Numbered from the stretch's first letter, positions 43,501-58,000 are shown. The stretch: 64,000 bases of DNA from Antedon mediterranea (GCF_964355755.1 NC_092672.1:12028001-12092000), one strand, 5' to 3'. Numbers and translations are program-made. The notes: a model not told the origin generated them from the letters alone.

Positions 43501-46500
43501 GAAGATCCCAGTGATATACTGAAATTTAAAATTAATTAATTTGAAACGATAAAGATGAGGAAATATGTAAGAATGAGAAAAGTCTCTCCAACCGAGACTC
43601 GAAGCCGGAACCTTCTCCTTGATATACAGCACTAGTCCCAGAATCAAATTGATACGCCCTCATTTTCAGTATTTTATTCTCGAAGCGGGATCTCCAAAGA
43701 GATACTTTTATTGAATTGAATTGAATTGAATTGAAATTTATATTTATACTGGGTAACCTCTTCAGTCAAAGACTGGTCTCCCAGAGGGCCCAGTTGGTGA
43801 TCAGTGGCTGTGATGTGCTAATACACCGGGGGTAACCCCCTACTCGTCTCGAAAGATGTACTAGATTCTTTAAAGTGCACACGATCTAGATGTGTATACT
43901 GGACCTACAGTTTATAGTCCTTATCCGAGAAGACTATATAAACACATCAGGCATAGAACATTAATTACAGTATGATTTATATATAATTTACACAGTGCTA
44001 CGCATATATATATATATATATACAAACACATCAGGCTAAGAACATTAGTTCTAAACCGCCCGGTGATATACTGAAATTTAATTAATTAATTTGAAACGAT
44101 AAAGATGAGGAAATTGAATTGAATTGAATTGAAATTTATATTTATACTGGGTAACCTCTTCAGTCAAAAACTGCTCTCCCAGAGGGCCCACTTGGTGATC
44201 AGTGGCTGTGATGTACTAATACACCGGGGTAACCCCCTACTCGTCTCGAAAGATGTACTAGGTTCTTTAAAGTGCACACGAGCTAGATGTGTACACTGGA
44301 CCTACGGTTTATAGTCCTTATCCGAGAAGACTCGTTCTACCACCAGAACCATGGAGTGAGTGAGCCTCGAACCCCTGCCGATGTTATGTGAAAGTGAGAA
44401 AAATCTGTGAGAGTGAGAAAAAGTCGCCCCAACTGAGACTCTAACTCGGACCGCCTGCTTGATATGCAGATGTCCCAACCATTAGACCACTGGGGCTTTC
44501 ATGGTATTGTTCAAACTCGATTGGATAGCGACTCTTTCTTTCTTTCTCGGCGTGGTACGGCAGAACAGCACTAGTCCTCAGTTATACGCACGTGCACCAG
44601 AGATCAAATTGATACGCCCTCATCTTTCAGCATTTTATTCACGAAGCGGGATCTCCAAAGAGATACTTTTATATATATATATATATAAATACATCAGGCA
44701 TAGAACATAAATTGATTTATATATAATTTACACAGTGCTACGCAACACAATTTATTTATACTGTGACATTTGTGGTAAACAGTATGTTGGGGAAACAAAC
44801 AAAAAACGCTCCATATGAGAATGACAAAGATTAGCTATTAAAACATTAAAGCTTGATCAAGCAGTCTTAAAGTAACAAGTAAACTGAAATTGCATTTTCT
44901 CGAGAACTAATTGTCCAAAAAACTTCATGTTTGTATAAGAGTTATAATTTGTGATTTGTAATTTTAAAACATACTTTGATTTAATTTACAGGTTTTATGA
45001 TACGAGTAGTTAAAAAACCTATTTCTTTTTAAATTCATCCGTTTGTTTTTGGCGTTCCTGTTCTATTGTTAGTCAATTGAAACTATTGTTAGTTGAAAGG
45101 CTGGTTACATACATTACACCAAATTCGCATACACATGCGTGTAGTGAAATTATAGTGAAATTAGCCTAAATCACGCACGGCATTAAGACACACACAAATA
45201 TATATACTTTTATAGGAGTGGAGTTGTGGCTTGGTGGTTATGATGCTTGGCTACCACTCCAAGGATCTTGAGTTCAAGTCCTGTCACATGTCAGGATTTG
45301 TTCTAAGGACATCCAAAGACTTGTAATAAGACTTTGTTTATGTAGAGCATCTTGTGTATAATATGTTTGTCTTGTGAACCTCTGAGGGTTTGAGCAATTG
45401 CTGGATGGATGGATCACCCTGGATGGATTATTGTTGTTAACCTTTTCCGTCTTCCGACATTACGCTTTCCACAATTTGTTTCCATTTTTTTCTGTTTATG
45501 GCAGGATGGTTTGTTATTGCGTTAGTGTCTACTTGTCCTTGTAAGTCTTTCTTTATTTGATTCATCCAGTTATTTCTTGTTCTTCCTACGGGTCGTTTTA
45601 CTTTCCTGTTAGTTTCTTTCATTGTTTGGGGTATCATCCGATAATCTAATTATGTGTCCATACCATTTTAGTCTCCTTCGTTTAATTATTTTACTCCATT
45701 CTTCTTGTTTTGTTATCTCGTGTATTTTCGTGTTACACACTTCAAGTTCAAAGTAACATTTATTTTCTTCAAAATAAAACAGTCTACAAAATGGTGTAAA
45801 GAAAGGTAATATGATTGAAGAAGGCATGATCAAAAAAGCAAAAAGCTTGTGACAGACATGCCTAAACAAAGCTTAGATAAAAACAATACGGACAAAGAAA
45901 AAAAAATAAATAAATAAAAAAAATAAATAAATAACAATATAAAAATTTACATAACATGGGTTAAACTAAATAAGTACAATAACTAAAAAAAACAATTTTG
46001 GTATAAATTAAGAATTGATTCGTCTTCTTGTTACTCATCATTAAAATTATTATCATAAACTGTAATATAATAAAAATTAATACTTGGATGTGATATATCT
46101 TTTAAGTTTAAATGAAAAGCTTTTCTTAGATACAGCAACTTTAATATTTGAAGTTAGTTTATTCCATAGTTTAGGTCCACTAAATCTTATGTTATATTGA
46201 AATGAAGTTTTTTTATGAAGAGGGATATGCATATCCTGTACAGTTCGAGTTCTATAATTGTGAAAAGATGCGTTTGGTTGGAATAAATTTGTAAATTGAG
46301 GTGGGTTTAGGGAGTTAATCGATGATTAGAGAAAAGTACACTGTTGATGATAGTTAAGATCTTTCAACTTTAAAAAGTTTAGGGAGGAAAATAAGGGATC
46401 TGAGTGAGCTAGTGGTGGTGCACCTGATATTCGAACTACTTTCTTCTTTTTGATAAATAATCTGCTAGTGTTGGACTCATACGTGTTGCACCAAACAACA

Positions 46501-48501
46501 TTGCAATAGTTTAAATATGGTAAAATAAGAGTACAATACAAGGTATGAAGAATGTTTTTGGGAAGAAAAGAAGACAGTCTAAAAATGATACCAGTATTTT
46601 TGGATATTTTATTTTCAATTTCTTTCATATGTTGCTTCCAAGTGAGACCTGGATCAATGGTAACACCAAGAAATTTTGTATTTTCAACGAGTGGAACAAT
46701 ATGTTCATTAATTTTAATATGTCTATCATCAAGATTTAGGTTTGCGAGTGTTTCGAAACAAAATTGAACAGCATTTCTTAACGTTTACAGAAAGTTTGTT
46801 TGCTCGGAAATATTCACACACTTTAGTCAGTTCCTGGTTGACAACCGCAAAAAGTGATTGAATATTTGGATTTGTATAAAGGAGGGTAGTATCGTCAGCA
46901 TAGAAGCAGAAAGAAAATAATTTAGAGGATGAACAAATTTCATTTATATATAAAGAAAATAAAAGTGGGCCAAGCAGTGAACCTTCGGGGACTCCACATG
47001 ATGTTGGTGTAAAATGAGAGGTAACATTGCTATATTTAGTACATTGAAATCTATTTGACAGATAACTTTTAAATAGATCATGTGCAGGTCCACGGATTCC
47101 ATAAATGAAAAGTTTAGATAAGAGAATGTTATGATTGATAGTATCAAAAGCTTTTGAGAGATCAATGAATGTTCCAATAGCAAAATGTTTTTTTTCAAAT
47201 GCATCCACAATACTATTAGTAAGTTGTAAAAGAGCCATTGAAGTATCATATCCTTTTCGAAAGCCATATTGATGGTCAGAAAGAATATTGTGTTTTAAAA
47301 TAAATTTGTATATCCGATCATAAACGATGCGTTCAAACATTTTGGAGAAAATTGACAGAATGGAGATGGGACGATAATTGCTAACATCAGACTTGACTCC
47401 AGATTTATAGATGGGGGTTACTTTTGCAAGTTTTAATTTGTTTGGAAACACTCCTTTAGACATAGACAGGTTAAAAATATAGCAAAGTGGGTGAGAGATA
47501 AGGCTACATGTTTGCTTAACTATATTAGTACTAATATCGTCAAAACCTGGAGCCTTATTATTCATGAAATATTTGACTGTGTTGAGTATTTCATTATCGT
47601 CAACAGGGATAAGAAATATGCAACCTCTCGCTTACAGGGCGAATCCAGCCAGAGACATTTTTTCATACAACTAAAAAATACGGAACTTTCGCCAATGAGC
47701 TATGCTCGACGCGATTATGAGATCATGTTCCGAATATGAGCACTGTTTCTATAATTTACAGTATGATTTATATATAATTTACACAGTGCTACGCAACATC
47801 ATTGATTTACATATACACAATATTATTTAAAAAAACCGTTGCGAATTAAAGTTGGAATTTATTCTGACTTGTTAAGCCTCCACTGATTGTGAGGGCGTTT
47901 GTTGTATGAGAGAATGTATCTGGTGGGTGAAAATCTGTGATAATACCATACATGGCTCTGTGGTCTAGTGGTATGATACTCGCCCTGTAAGCGAGAGGTT
48001 GCAGGTTCGAATCCAGCCAGAGACATTTTTTCATACAACTAAAAAATACGGAACTTTCGCCAATGAGCTATGCTCGACGCGATTATGAGATCATGTTCCG
48101 AATATGAGCACTGTTTCTATAATTTACAGTATGATTTATATATAATTTACACAGTGCTACGCAACATCATTGATTTACATATACACAATATTATTTAAAA
48201 AAACCGTTGCGAATTAAAGTTGGAATTTATTCTGACTTGTTAAGCCTCCACTGATTGTGAGGGCGTTTGTTGTATGAGAGAATGTATCTGGTGGGTGAAA
48301 ATCTGTGATAATACCATACATGGCTCTGTGGTCTAGTGGTATGATACTCGCCCTGTAAGCGAGAGGTTGCAGGTTCGAATCCAGCCAGAGACATTTTTTC
48401 ATACAACTAAAAAATACGGAACTTTCGCCAATGAGCTATGCTCGACGCGATTATGAGATCATGTTCCGAATATGAGCACTGTTTCTATAATTTACAGTAT
48501 G

Positions 48502-48541
<40 letters not shown>

Positions 48542-51500
48542 CAATGATGTTGCGTAGCACTGTGTAAATTATATATAAATCATACTGTAAAATATAGAAA
48601 CAGTGCTCATACTCGGAACATGATCTCATAATCGCGTCGAGCATAGCTCATTGGTGAAAGTTCCGTTTTTTTTAGTTGTATATATATATATACAACTGGT
48701 ATATACTTTATCGTTTTGATTTAGCTTTTCGCTTTTTATTTTTGTATCTCCATTGAGATCCAGCCACTGATACCCACAGCATTGTCATTTTTCTCAGTAA
48801 TTTGCCTTTGGATTTATATATATTTTCTACTGTTTGTATCAATTTTGATCTGATTTTGCTGTAATTATGGAGGGTACTTTGGATAACTTTACCAAATTAC
48901 GTCGCCTGTCCGAGAAACGTGTCAGGTATTGTCACCATTTACATACTTTTATTTTACATCGTTCTAAACATTCGGCCCCTAAAGGGTATCTGGTATTCGA
49001 TTTGCAGATGATGACATGCGTTCTCGTTGGAACGCTGTCCTTCACAAAAATGCTTGTCAACTCAATGAGATCCAAATTGGCAATTGCCGCAAAATCCTCA
49101 CTGAGTTTGACGTTGAAATTCACTCTAGAACTAAGAAGTTGAAAAGAGAACTTCCTGCATCCGAGTTTCAAAACAAACTCAGGATTATCGCCAATGATTG
49201 CCGTAAGCAATCAACGGCAATGGCCCGAAGGGGATATCACAAATTTGGTCTACCTGCAGATTTGGTCATTTCAACACAAATGACTCTACCTTCGGATGAT
49301 TTTAGGGCTTTTAGGAAACCCTGCAGAAGGTTCGTTCGGACTTATAACAAGAATCGGAGCAACACCTCTGATTCAGTTGTTGAAATTAATTGCCGACTTT
49401 CTGAAGGAGAGAAAAAACTTCTTTCCCGAGGACTTAAATTCTGCCCAAAACCAAGGCAGGTCGGCGCACAACAACTATCTTTGGATATGGAGTCTTTCTC
49501 CAGAAGATTACGATTACGTGAACATTTTGCTGATTCAGACAGCAGCACCACGCAAAACGAAGGCAACGCTAACAAATTTAAACCAAAAAGTTTCTGGAAT
49601 CCACCTAAAAATCGTTGTCCAGCTTTAGAAACATTTATTCAGGCTATTGAGGAGGATGTACAAAACTACGTCCCGAGTCCAGATAAACGTGACAATCTCT
49701 CAAAACAAGAGAGGCAGGCCATTGCCAAATTGCGTCAGCGTAATGATATTATCATTAAACCAGCTGATAAAGGTTCTGCCACTGGTGCCATGGACATCAA
49801 ATTTTATGAAGAGGAGTCCTTAAGACAGCTAAACAATCCTCTTCATTATCGTAAACTTACAACGGATCCCACCCCAGAAATTGCGGATAAAGTGGCCAAA
49901 TCTGTTTCTGTGATGGTAAAAAAACACTCCATCGATCCTAAGATTGGACCTCATTTGGCACAGGTCAATCCAGTTCCAGGCAGATTGTATTTCCTACCTA
50001 AAATCCATAAAGCAGGCAATCCTGGTAGACCCATTATTTCGGGCAATGGCACTGCTACAGAGAAAATTTCTGAATATGTGGATGATTTACTAAGACCATA
50101 TGTGATTGATCTCCCTTCATACATTCAGGACTCCACGGAATTTATCCGCAAAATTAACCAAATTCAAAATTTACCTAATAATTCTGTTCTGGCTACATTA
50201 GATGTTTCATCATTGTATACTAATATCCCTCACGAAGAAGGAGCCGACGCATGTATTTTAAATTACATACAAATTCCAGGCAAAACGCCTACTAAAGCTC
50301 ATTTGCGAGAACTGGTCATGTTGATTTTAACCAACAACAATTTTATTTTTGGAAATGACCATTACCTTCAAATTCATGGCACAGCGATGGGCACAAAAAT
50401 GGCGCCATCTTTTGCAAATTTATTTATGGGACAATTTGAGGCCAATTTTCTGTCCCTCCAACCAAATAAACCACTTGTTTGGTTTAGATACATTGACGAC
50501 ATCTTCATGATCTGGACCCATGGTGAAGATAATTTGGAATCTTTTCTTCTCAATATTAATTCAGCCCACCCAACTATCAAATTTACAGCTACCAAATCCA
50601 CTAGTAGCGTTGATTTTTTGGACACTATAGTGACCATAGAAAATGGTACACTCAAAACTGACCTATTCCGTAAACCCACGGATAAAAATATGTACCTGCT
50701 CCCTAGCAGTTGTCACCCCCGACACTGTACTAAAAACATACCGTACAGTCAAGCACTACGTATCAGACGTATCTGTTCTTCAGATTTAGATTTTCAGAAT
50801 CGTACCGAAGAACTAACCGGACATCTCCGGAATAGAAATTACAAGAAGGAATACATCGAAACTGCTATAAAGAAAGCAAAAGATATTCCTCGATGTCAAA
50901 CACTGACGTACAAACCACGTCAGCCAAAAAAATCGACCAGAGTGCCATTGGTCACAACCAACCCTAGGTTGCCTCCATTACGGGCTATTTTTTTGTCACT
51001 ATTGGTAATCCTTGGCCACAGTGCCTAAAGACATAAAATAAAATAAAATAAATTATTGAGAAACATATGCCCATTCTACAGTCCACAGAACGTCTCAGGA
51101 CTGTTTTTCCGGAACCACCCATTATTGCACTTCGTAGACCTCCCAACCTTCGTGATATATTAGTCAGATCCAAATTTAAGAGTGAAATTAACTCTCATGA
51201 CAGCCAAAATTCGGGCAGTCACCTTTGCGGCAATTCTTGCAAAACTTGTTCATTGGTTGATTCTACTGAAAAATTTGAGAGTAACCAAACTGGCCGCATT
51301 TTTCGGATAAGACAATCAATTAATTGTCTAACCAAAAACGTCATTTATCTCATATACTGTAATATTTGTGGCAAACAGTACGTCGGAGAAACAAAAAACA
51401 CTCTCCGTATGAGAATGACACAACATAGATCAGCTATCAAAACATTAAAGCTTGATCAACCTGTAGCTGAACATTTTAATTCAGCTGGTCACTCGATTGC

Positions 51501-52030
51501 AAATTTCAGAGTTATTGCAATAGACCACGATGTCAAATGGAGCGACAAAACTCGCAAAGACAAAGAAAACCACTGGGAATTACTACTTAAAACAACAAAA
51601 CCTTTTGGACTTAACATTAGGAACATACTCCCAGATCGGTAAAATTATTCCATTGACTACCAAAATTTAAGTTTCAATATTAACCACCATTTAAGCTGTT
51701 TTTTAGTCTCATTCCAAAATTGTTTATATCTCTACCAAGCTACCTTCTTTCTTTTCCACTCTTATTCAGACTCCACCCTGGCTCCCTTTGTTATATTTCT
51801 TTTATTCATGTCTACCCAGGCAGCACTTGCCAGCTTTATACTATGACGTTATCCAAATTCCTTCACTTGCACTGATGAAGGGCTAGTGTTGCCCGAAAGC
51901 TCTGCTAACTTTTCTGGCTGTTTACTTTATCGTTTTGATTTAGCTTTTCGCTTTTTATTTTTGTATCTCCATTGAGATCCAGCCACTGATACCCACAGCA
52001 TTGTCATTTTTCTCAGTAATTTGCCTTTGG

Positions 52031-52064
<34 letters not shown>

Positions 52065-55000
52065 GAAAGACGCTAGTAAATTACCAACTGAACATTTTAT
52101 TGCACTACAGGCTGTTTCATGAGTATGAACTCAATCTTCATGTGCTTGGCTCTGAATGATAGTCACAAGTGAATACAAAAAGCTATAATGAAGTCTTAAG
52201 GCAAACTGTTTATGTGAACAATAGTATGCTAATTAGCAAGTACAACACATCTCTATTTCCTGGACAGTCTATTGTTAACCAAATTCTTATTATCTAAATT
52301 ACTGATACTTTAGTACAAACTTTCTCCTATGTCTACATGTACTGACTAATTCGTTCCTATGATTAAGTGAGCTGGTTTCAGGCTTGCATATAATATAATA
52401 CTTCTCTTGTAAGCATAGATTACACCGTTTGTTAACATTGGAATATGGTTTACACTTCTTTATTATTCGCCATTTAATGTTATACTTTATGTTATCATCT
52501 TTTAGCTTCCAGATGTACTGGCTAAGCGTTGTGCTGTTTTTGTATTTAACATTACGGAATGAACTATTGTGTGCGTTATATCTGCATTTAAACGTGTTTT
52601 CGGTTAGTCCGACATATATATATATATATATATATTCAGGGAGAAATCTTATGTAGGAGAATTTTTAGGCGGAGGTATGCACGCTTGGAGTGGCTTTCTA
52701 GTTATTATTGTTTTACTATTATTATTTACTTTTTTAGGAAGAGGATAGTGACTGTGACAGTAAGAAACAAAAATGTAAGAACGGGATATTGGGAGTGACC
52801 TTGAATTTTGATACAACATTTCCCGGACATAAGCAGCTGCTTACATTAATTAATTCAGTTATGTGATGTTTCGAGTTTCAATCATTTTCACGGCTTCATT
52901 GATTTTGTTTTAATCTCTCATCTTAGCTTGCTCTATTAAACGTACCTTTTTTTGGCAGCTGGTTTATCCCCGGACCAAATGTATTCTATTATTGAAATGA
53001 ATAAAAAATAAACCATCCTGGGTGGCAATATCTAAATAATGCAGTTTAAGCTAGATGTAGCGTACGTGACACCAAGTCTAAATTAGAGGATGAGTGAGCT
53101 GTAACTACTTGGAACTCCAAACTCGCCCTATTTACATTCAGCAATGTTAATCTTTAAAGATGTATTTTCCCCCTGAAAAAAATAATTATTAAAAATTTGT
53201 GTTGAATATGCCATTTTAATTTCACCTAATAGTTATCCACTTTGACCAAAAATTGGATCGAAAAGAAAATGTATTTACGTAAAAACTGTAATTTAAAGCA
53301 AAAAAGAGTCAAATTGGCTGTAAGCTAATTGGTTTTTGGTTGAATTAAACCATATATTTTGCCATTTTATAAGTGAAACCATTAATTGTTATGGTTTTTT
53401 TTTCTACTACTTCTACTACAACTACAAAATAATCTATTCAAAGTCTGATTTTATTAATCTTTATTTTTGGAGTTTTGGAGGACAATACATCTTTAAAAGA
53501 ATTATTTGACTATGTTACATCTATATCATCATTCTATTTTTACTTGAAAATGACCCTAATAACAATGTAATATTTCCAAATACAGCTCGAATGTATACCA
53601 AATGGCAGCCATGTGATCAATGGACAGTGAGGTAATGTCATCATTTGCCTCCTATAATATGATGACACTACTACATGGTCAAACGGGTCATTGCCACGTG
53701 AGATTTTCTATTGCTTCAAATATTGTGTACATGTTCTGTTATCCAGTACTTCTAACCATGAAAATGTATACCATTGCGTTCAGTGGTATGCCAAAAAACC
53801 CCAGCTTCTTATGTCAAATTATATTGGTTCTTTTCCTTTCACTATGGCCTATTATTGTACAAATGCAGCACCACACCAATTGATCTTGTTTCAAATGTTA
53901 GGTCAATGTTGACGTTTCTGAATTTGGTTTTTGTGTTAATTTTTAAAAATTCTCTTATTGTGCAAGAAGTATTTATCAATTATAATAGGGCTATGTTAAA
54001 TAAGGGCATACATAGGCCTATCTTCAGGCAAAGTTGATCATACACACAACATACAATTTCGTAATTTGCATTAGGGCATTAATAAACAATAATAAAGTTT
54101 GAGTCAATTTCAAAGGTCTAGAGAGTGAACTGTTGTTGGTGATTATGAATCTTTAAATTAAATGTTTAAAAACTAATGAACTTAGATAGTTTTTGAAATG
54201 TTTCATTTTTTATCATACAGGAACCTAATCGTTTTTGGCCTATTCCTTGCTTTCATATTCTGATGGAGTAAATTCAAATAAAATCAGTATTGATATGATT
54301 ATTTTCTGTATTATTATTACTAAACAAAATAATAAAAATGTACATTTGTTTGCCTATGTAATTGAAAGTAATTAATAAAATTACCATTAGGCTCTTACTT
54401 GGTTGTTATATCCTGTACACCTATAATGCTATTTGAACATTGATTTTGATTAAGAATCTAAAAACTGATAACTAAAGATGGTTTTATATGTATGGATTGA
54501 AAAATAAATCCTTTGATTAAATGACTAAAAGAAATAAATTCATGAAACCATTTTTATGCTTGTATCTTGTAATCCGTTGTTGCACTAAAAACAGTACACT
54601 AGGAATAATAATGGAATTGCAGGTGAAATTGTAAGTAACGAATACTATAGAGGGAAATAATGCGCACAGAATGCAAAAGGTTGCCTAGAATATGGCAATT
54701 CTAATGTTGAAGGCACTCGCGGCGTTCCATACATATGTTGAGCATGCACTCGCGGCGTTCCATACATATGTTGTGCATGCGCACGCAGGCTGACCCTACC
54801 CATAATGCATTCCCCATAGTAACATTTATTTTGCTTTCCAACTGCTGACTTACGTATACCTTAATACCTTAATAGTAGATAATTACGTATGTTGCCTACA
54901 CTTAATGAATACGGTAGCCCAATAGTTGCTAAATAATTCAATTATGACATTAGGTGACCAGTAATATCTCTAAATATTTATATCTTTATATCGGTCCAAA

Positions 55001-58000
55001 TTGGTTTCAACTGGAAAATTTATGTTCATATTATGAAATAAATAACAATTTCTTTTCCGTCGTTAATTAAAAATTTACGCCGGTCTCCCTAAAGACCTTT
55101 TTTCAAGCGGTCGCCCTATGACCTAAAAAACAGTTAAAATTATTCCATTGACTACCAACATTTAATATTAACCACCATTTAAGCTGTTTTTAAATTTCAT
55201 TCCAACATTGTTTATATCTCTACCAAGCTACCTTCTTTGTTTTCTACTCTTATTCAGTTTCCACGCCACGCCACGCACCACCCCCCTATCTCCCTTTGTT
55301 GTATTTCTTTTATTCCTGTCCACCCAGGCAGCACTTGCCAGTTCTTATGCTATGACGTTATCCAAATTTCTTCACTTGCACTGTTGAAGGGCTAGTGTTG
55401 CCGGAAAGTTCTGCTAATTTTCTGGCTGTTTTACTTTATTGTTTTGATTTAGCTTTTCGCTTTTTTTTTTGTTGTATCTCATTGAGATCCTGCCACTGAT
55501 CAGGGGTGGCGCCAGGATCTTCCCGACGCGGGGGCTACATTCCCCGGCGAGGGGGCTATGCGAGCGAAGCGAGCATCACTAGGCTGGGGGCCAGGGGCCG
55601 CCAGCGATTTTTTTTTTCGTACATAAGTTGGGGACCCCTCATGAAACGTCACAGAATAAACATGAATAATTCATCAGTTAAATTTGTTGTTCCGTGTGCA
55701 CCCAAGCGTATAGCAACAAGAAGTGATTACACGTCACAACTGCGATACAATACTTTCCACAGTAGGCCTAGGATTCTAAGTCAATTCACGTGATTGCCTT
55801 CGCGCACTCTTCTTCACACAAAATGTGTCGAGTCGAGGCTAATCGACAGCTAGGCAAGACATTAAACTAAGTAGTAATTCATTGGACATAGCCCAAAGAA
55901 AGCTTAGACCCACAAGAATAAAGAATGTGTATAATTTGTGTGCTGTATTTTTTTAATTCTGCTATTTTATTATCAAACAATATGCATGTACTCAAAGGAA
56001 CTTTAAAAATGCGCGTATATGTGAACACATGAGATGGGAAGATTTGACCCACGAGAAAAAAAAATGTATTTTTGTGTAATGTTTATTGTTTAATTTTGCT
56101 GACTTATTACTCGGATTGTGTCATACGAAAGATAGTGTAACTATCTTTGGTCATACCTAACACACACACGTCACACACACCCACACAGCTACTACTAGAA
56201 TAGACATGGGTTTAGAGACTAAATTAGGCCTAATAGTATTAATAGAAACTAAAATTTTAACACGTAATTCTTAAGTAATAAATTATATTAAAAACACCAT
56301 AAACTAAAGGCTGATTATTTCGACAATCCACACAAAACGCCGCTATTCTTCTATGAAATCGCACGCCGCAACAACAGCGGAGATAGGCCTAGAATCGTAC
56401 CGCACTTGTGTAATCACTTCTTGTTGCTATACGCTTGGGTGCACACGGAACAAGAAAATTTAACTAATGAATTATTCATGTCTATTTTGTGACGTTTCAT
56501 GAGGGGGTCCCCAACTTATGTACGAAAAAAAAAATCGCGGGCCGCCAAGGGCCCCCGGTGGGGGTCCAGGGGGCGAAGCCCCCGTAAGCAACGCGTTCTA
56601 GCGTCATTTGAGGTCATTTTAATCAGATTTAGGGTAGCCACTTTTTCCATTTTTTATAATGCATAAATAAAATACTGCGTGCAAAAAAACGATGCGCGAT
56701 GACTGTTTCAATCTATATTTTTCAATTTAAAAAATAAAAGTTCAAAGAAAATTTAGAAAAATAGAGTTGGAGGTCCCGGAAATTGGACTTATTATACTTC
56801 AAAACATGAAACAAAATATATAAGTCCCTATCAAGGTTGTGACTGAGCTAAGAAATGTTTGAAAAATAGAGATGTTAGGTCCCGGAAAATGCACTTCTTG
56901 TACTTCGAAATATGACCAGCTTTATTGTTGAGCTAAGAAACTGTTTAAAACTAGAGCTGCAGGTCTTCAAAAAATTGCATTTTATACTTCGGAAACATCA
57001 GGCCTAGAGGCTTAAAAAACGCAAGCGTAGACCTTTTTCAGTCGGGAAATAAGTGTATTCCTCCCAAGTGTATGCGTGCGTACCATCTGGACTTCCGAGT
57101 GGTGAGAAATTCATGACATACAGGACATTGAAAATGTAATAACTTAGCTATAATAAGATGTTGGCAAATGGCATGTTTTTTTGTTTAGTAATGGATGAAA
57201 AATTTATTTTAGGTGCCCCACGGTACAGAATGTTACTTGTAAATTAAAAAAATTGGTGAACATACGAACAATTAACATAATTCGTTTTTGCTGTAGTGTA
57301 GCGTACGTCGACGCAGTACACGACGTAACCGTCAGTAAACTTCGCCTGGAAAATAACTACAGTACACATTTTTGGTCCCTGGATGGAACATGATATCACG
57401 CGTCTCGACCCAACGTTGAACGATTCGTACAAAGCGATACCGCCAGACAAGTGCGAACCTAGCTATTGTTTAGTAGTAAGTTAGATCGCTGGCAATAATG
57501 AGTGCATATAAAGTGCATACTATCACTCTGACGTACTCTCTCACGGTCAATGAAATGTCACGGTTTTCTAGGCGCTGAAGCTAGCTACGAAGTGAACGCG
57601 AACGCTTTTTACTGTATATTATATTTCCCGACAAAAAGTACCCGTGTTTCCTTCGGTAACCGTCGGTAAACTTCGCCTGGAAAATAACTACATTACACAT
57701 TTTGGTCCCTGGATGGAACTTGATATCACGCGTCTCACCCAACGTTGAACGATTCGTACAAAGGGATACCGCCAGACAAGTGCGTACCTAGCTAATGTTT
57801 AGTAGTAAGTTACATCGCTGGCAATAAATGAATGCATAAAAGTGCATAATAGCCCTCTGACGTACTCTCACGGTCAATGGAACGTCGTGGTTTTCTAGGC
57901 GCTGAAGCTATATGAAGTGAACGCGAACGTTTTTTACTGTATATTATATTCCCCGACAAAAAGTACCCGTGCTCCCCGACGAGGGGGCTAGAGCCCCCGT

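Larger units (their letters stand above)
43490..44750. repeat. tRNA-cassette repeat family B (two degraded units) with Deu-SINE insertions
   Basis: Duplicated blocks at 43493/44065 and 43628/44566; tRNA-like sequence on the minus strand; same family at 58056-58216. Confidence 0.7.
47620..48510 (+). repeat. 368-bp tandem repeat (~2.4 units), tRNA-cassette family A
   Basis: Units appear identical by eye (identical ORF-track peptides at 47846 and 48214); ends in (TA)n; inverted partial copy at 48530-48680. Confidence 0.92.
48704..52040 (+). mobile_element. Penelope-like element (Neptune-type), near full-length, between (TA)n tracts
   Basis: Direct terminal repeat 48704-48815 / 51922-52035; RT plus GIY-YIG; hammerhead in the 3' pLTR. 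Confidence 0.93.
44862..52702. mobile_element. HINE-like element (inverse copy of 25265-25695) split at its (TA)n tract by ~7.4 kb of nested insertions
   Basis: 44862-45207 and 52636-52702 are reverse complements of contiguous parts of the 25265 element. Confidence 0.75.

Noticed and set aside
44530-44585. Hammerhead-like CTGAGGA...GAAA on the minus strand in family B
   Set aside because: No convincing stem II or stem I, and the core is not conserved in the 58056 copy
47846-48402. Two identical 62-aa ORFs
   Set aside because: Antisense reading of the tRNA-containing tandem repeat
53620-54037. Overlapping short ORFs, possibly a transposase C-terminal remnant
   Set aside because: No motif I can identify with confidence; needs a profile search
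54380-54475. Candidate extra host exon with a gtaa donor
   Set aside because: Stops in the frames I checked; no ankyrin similarity
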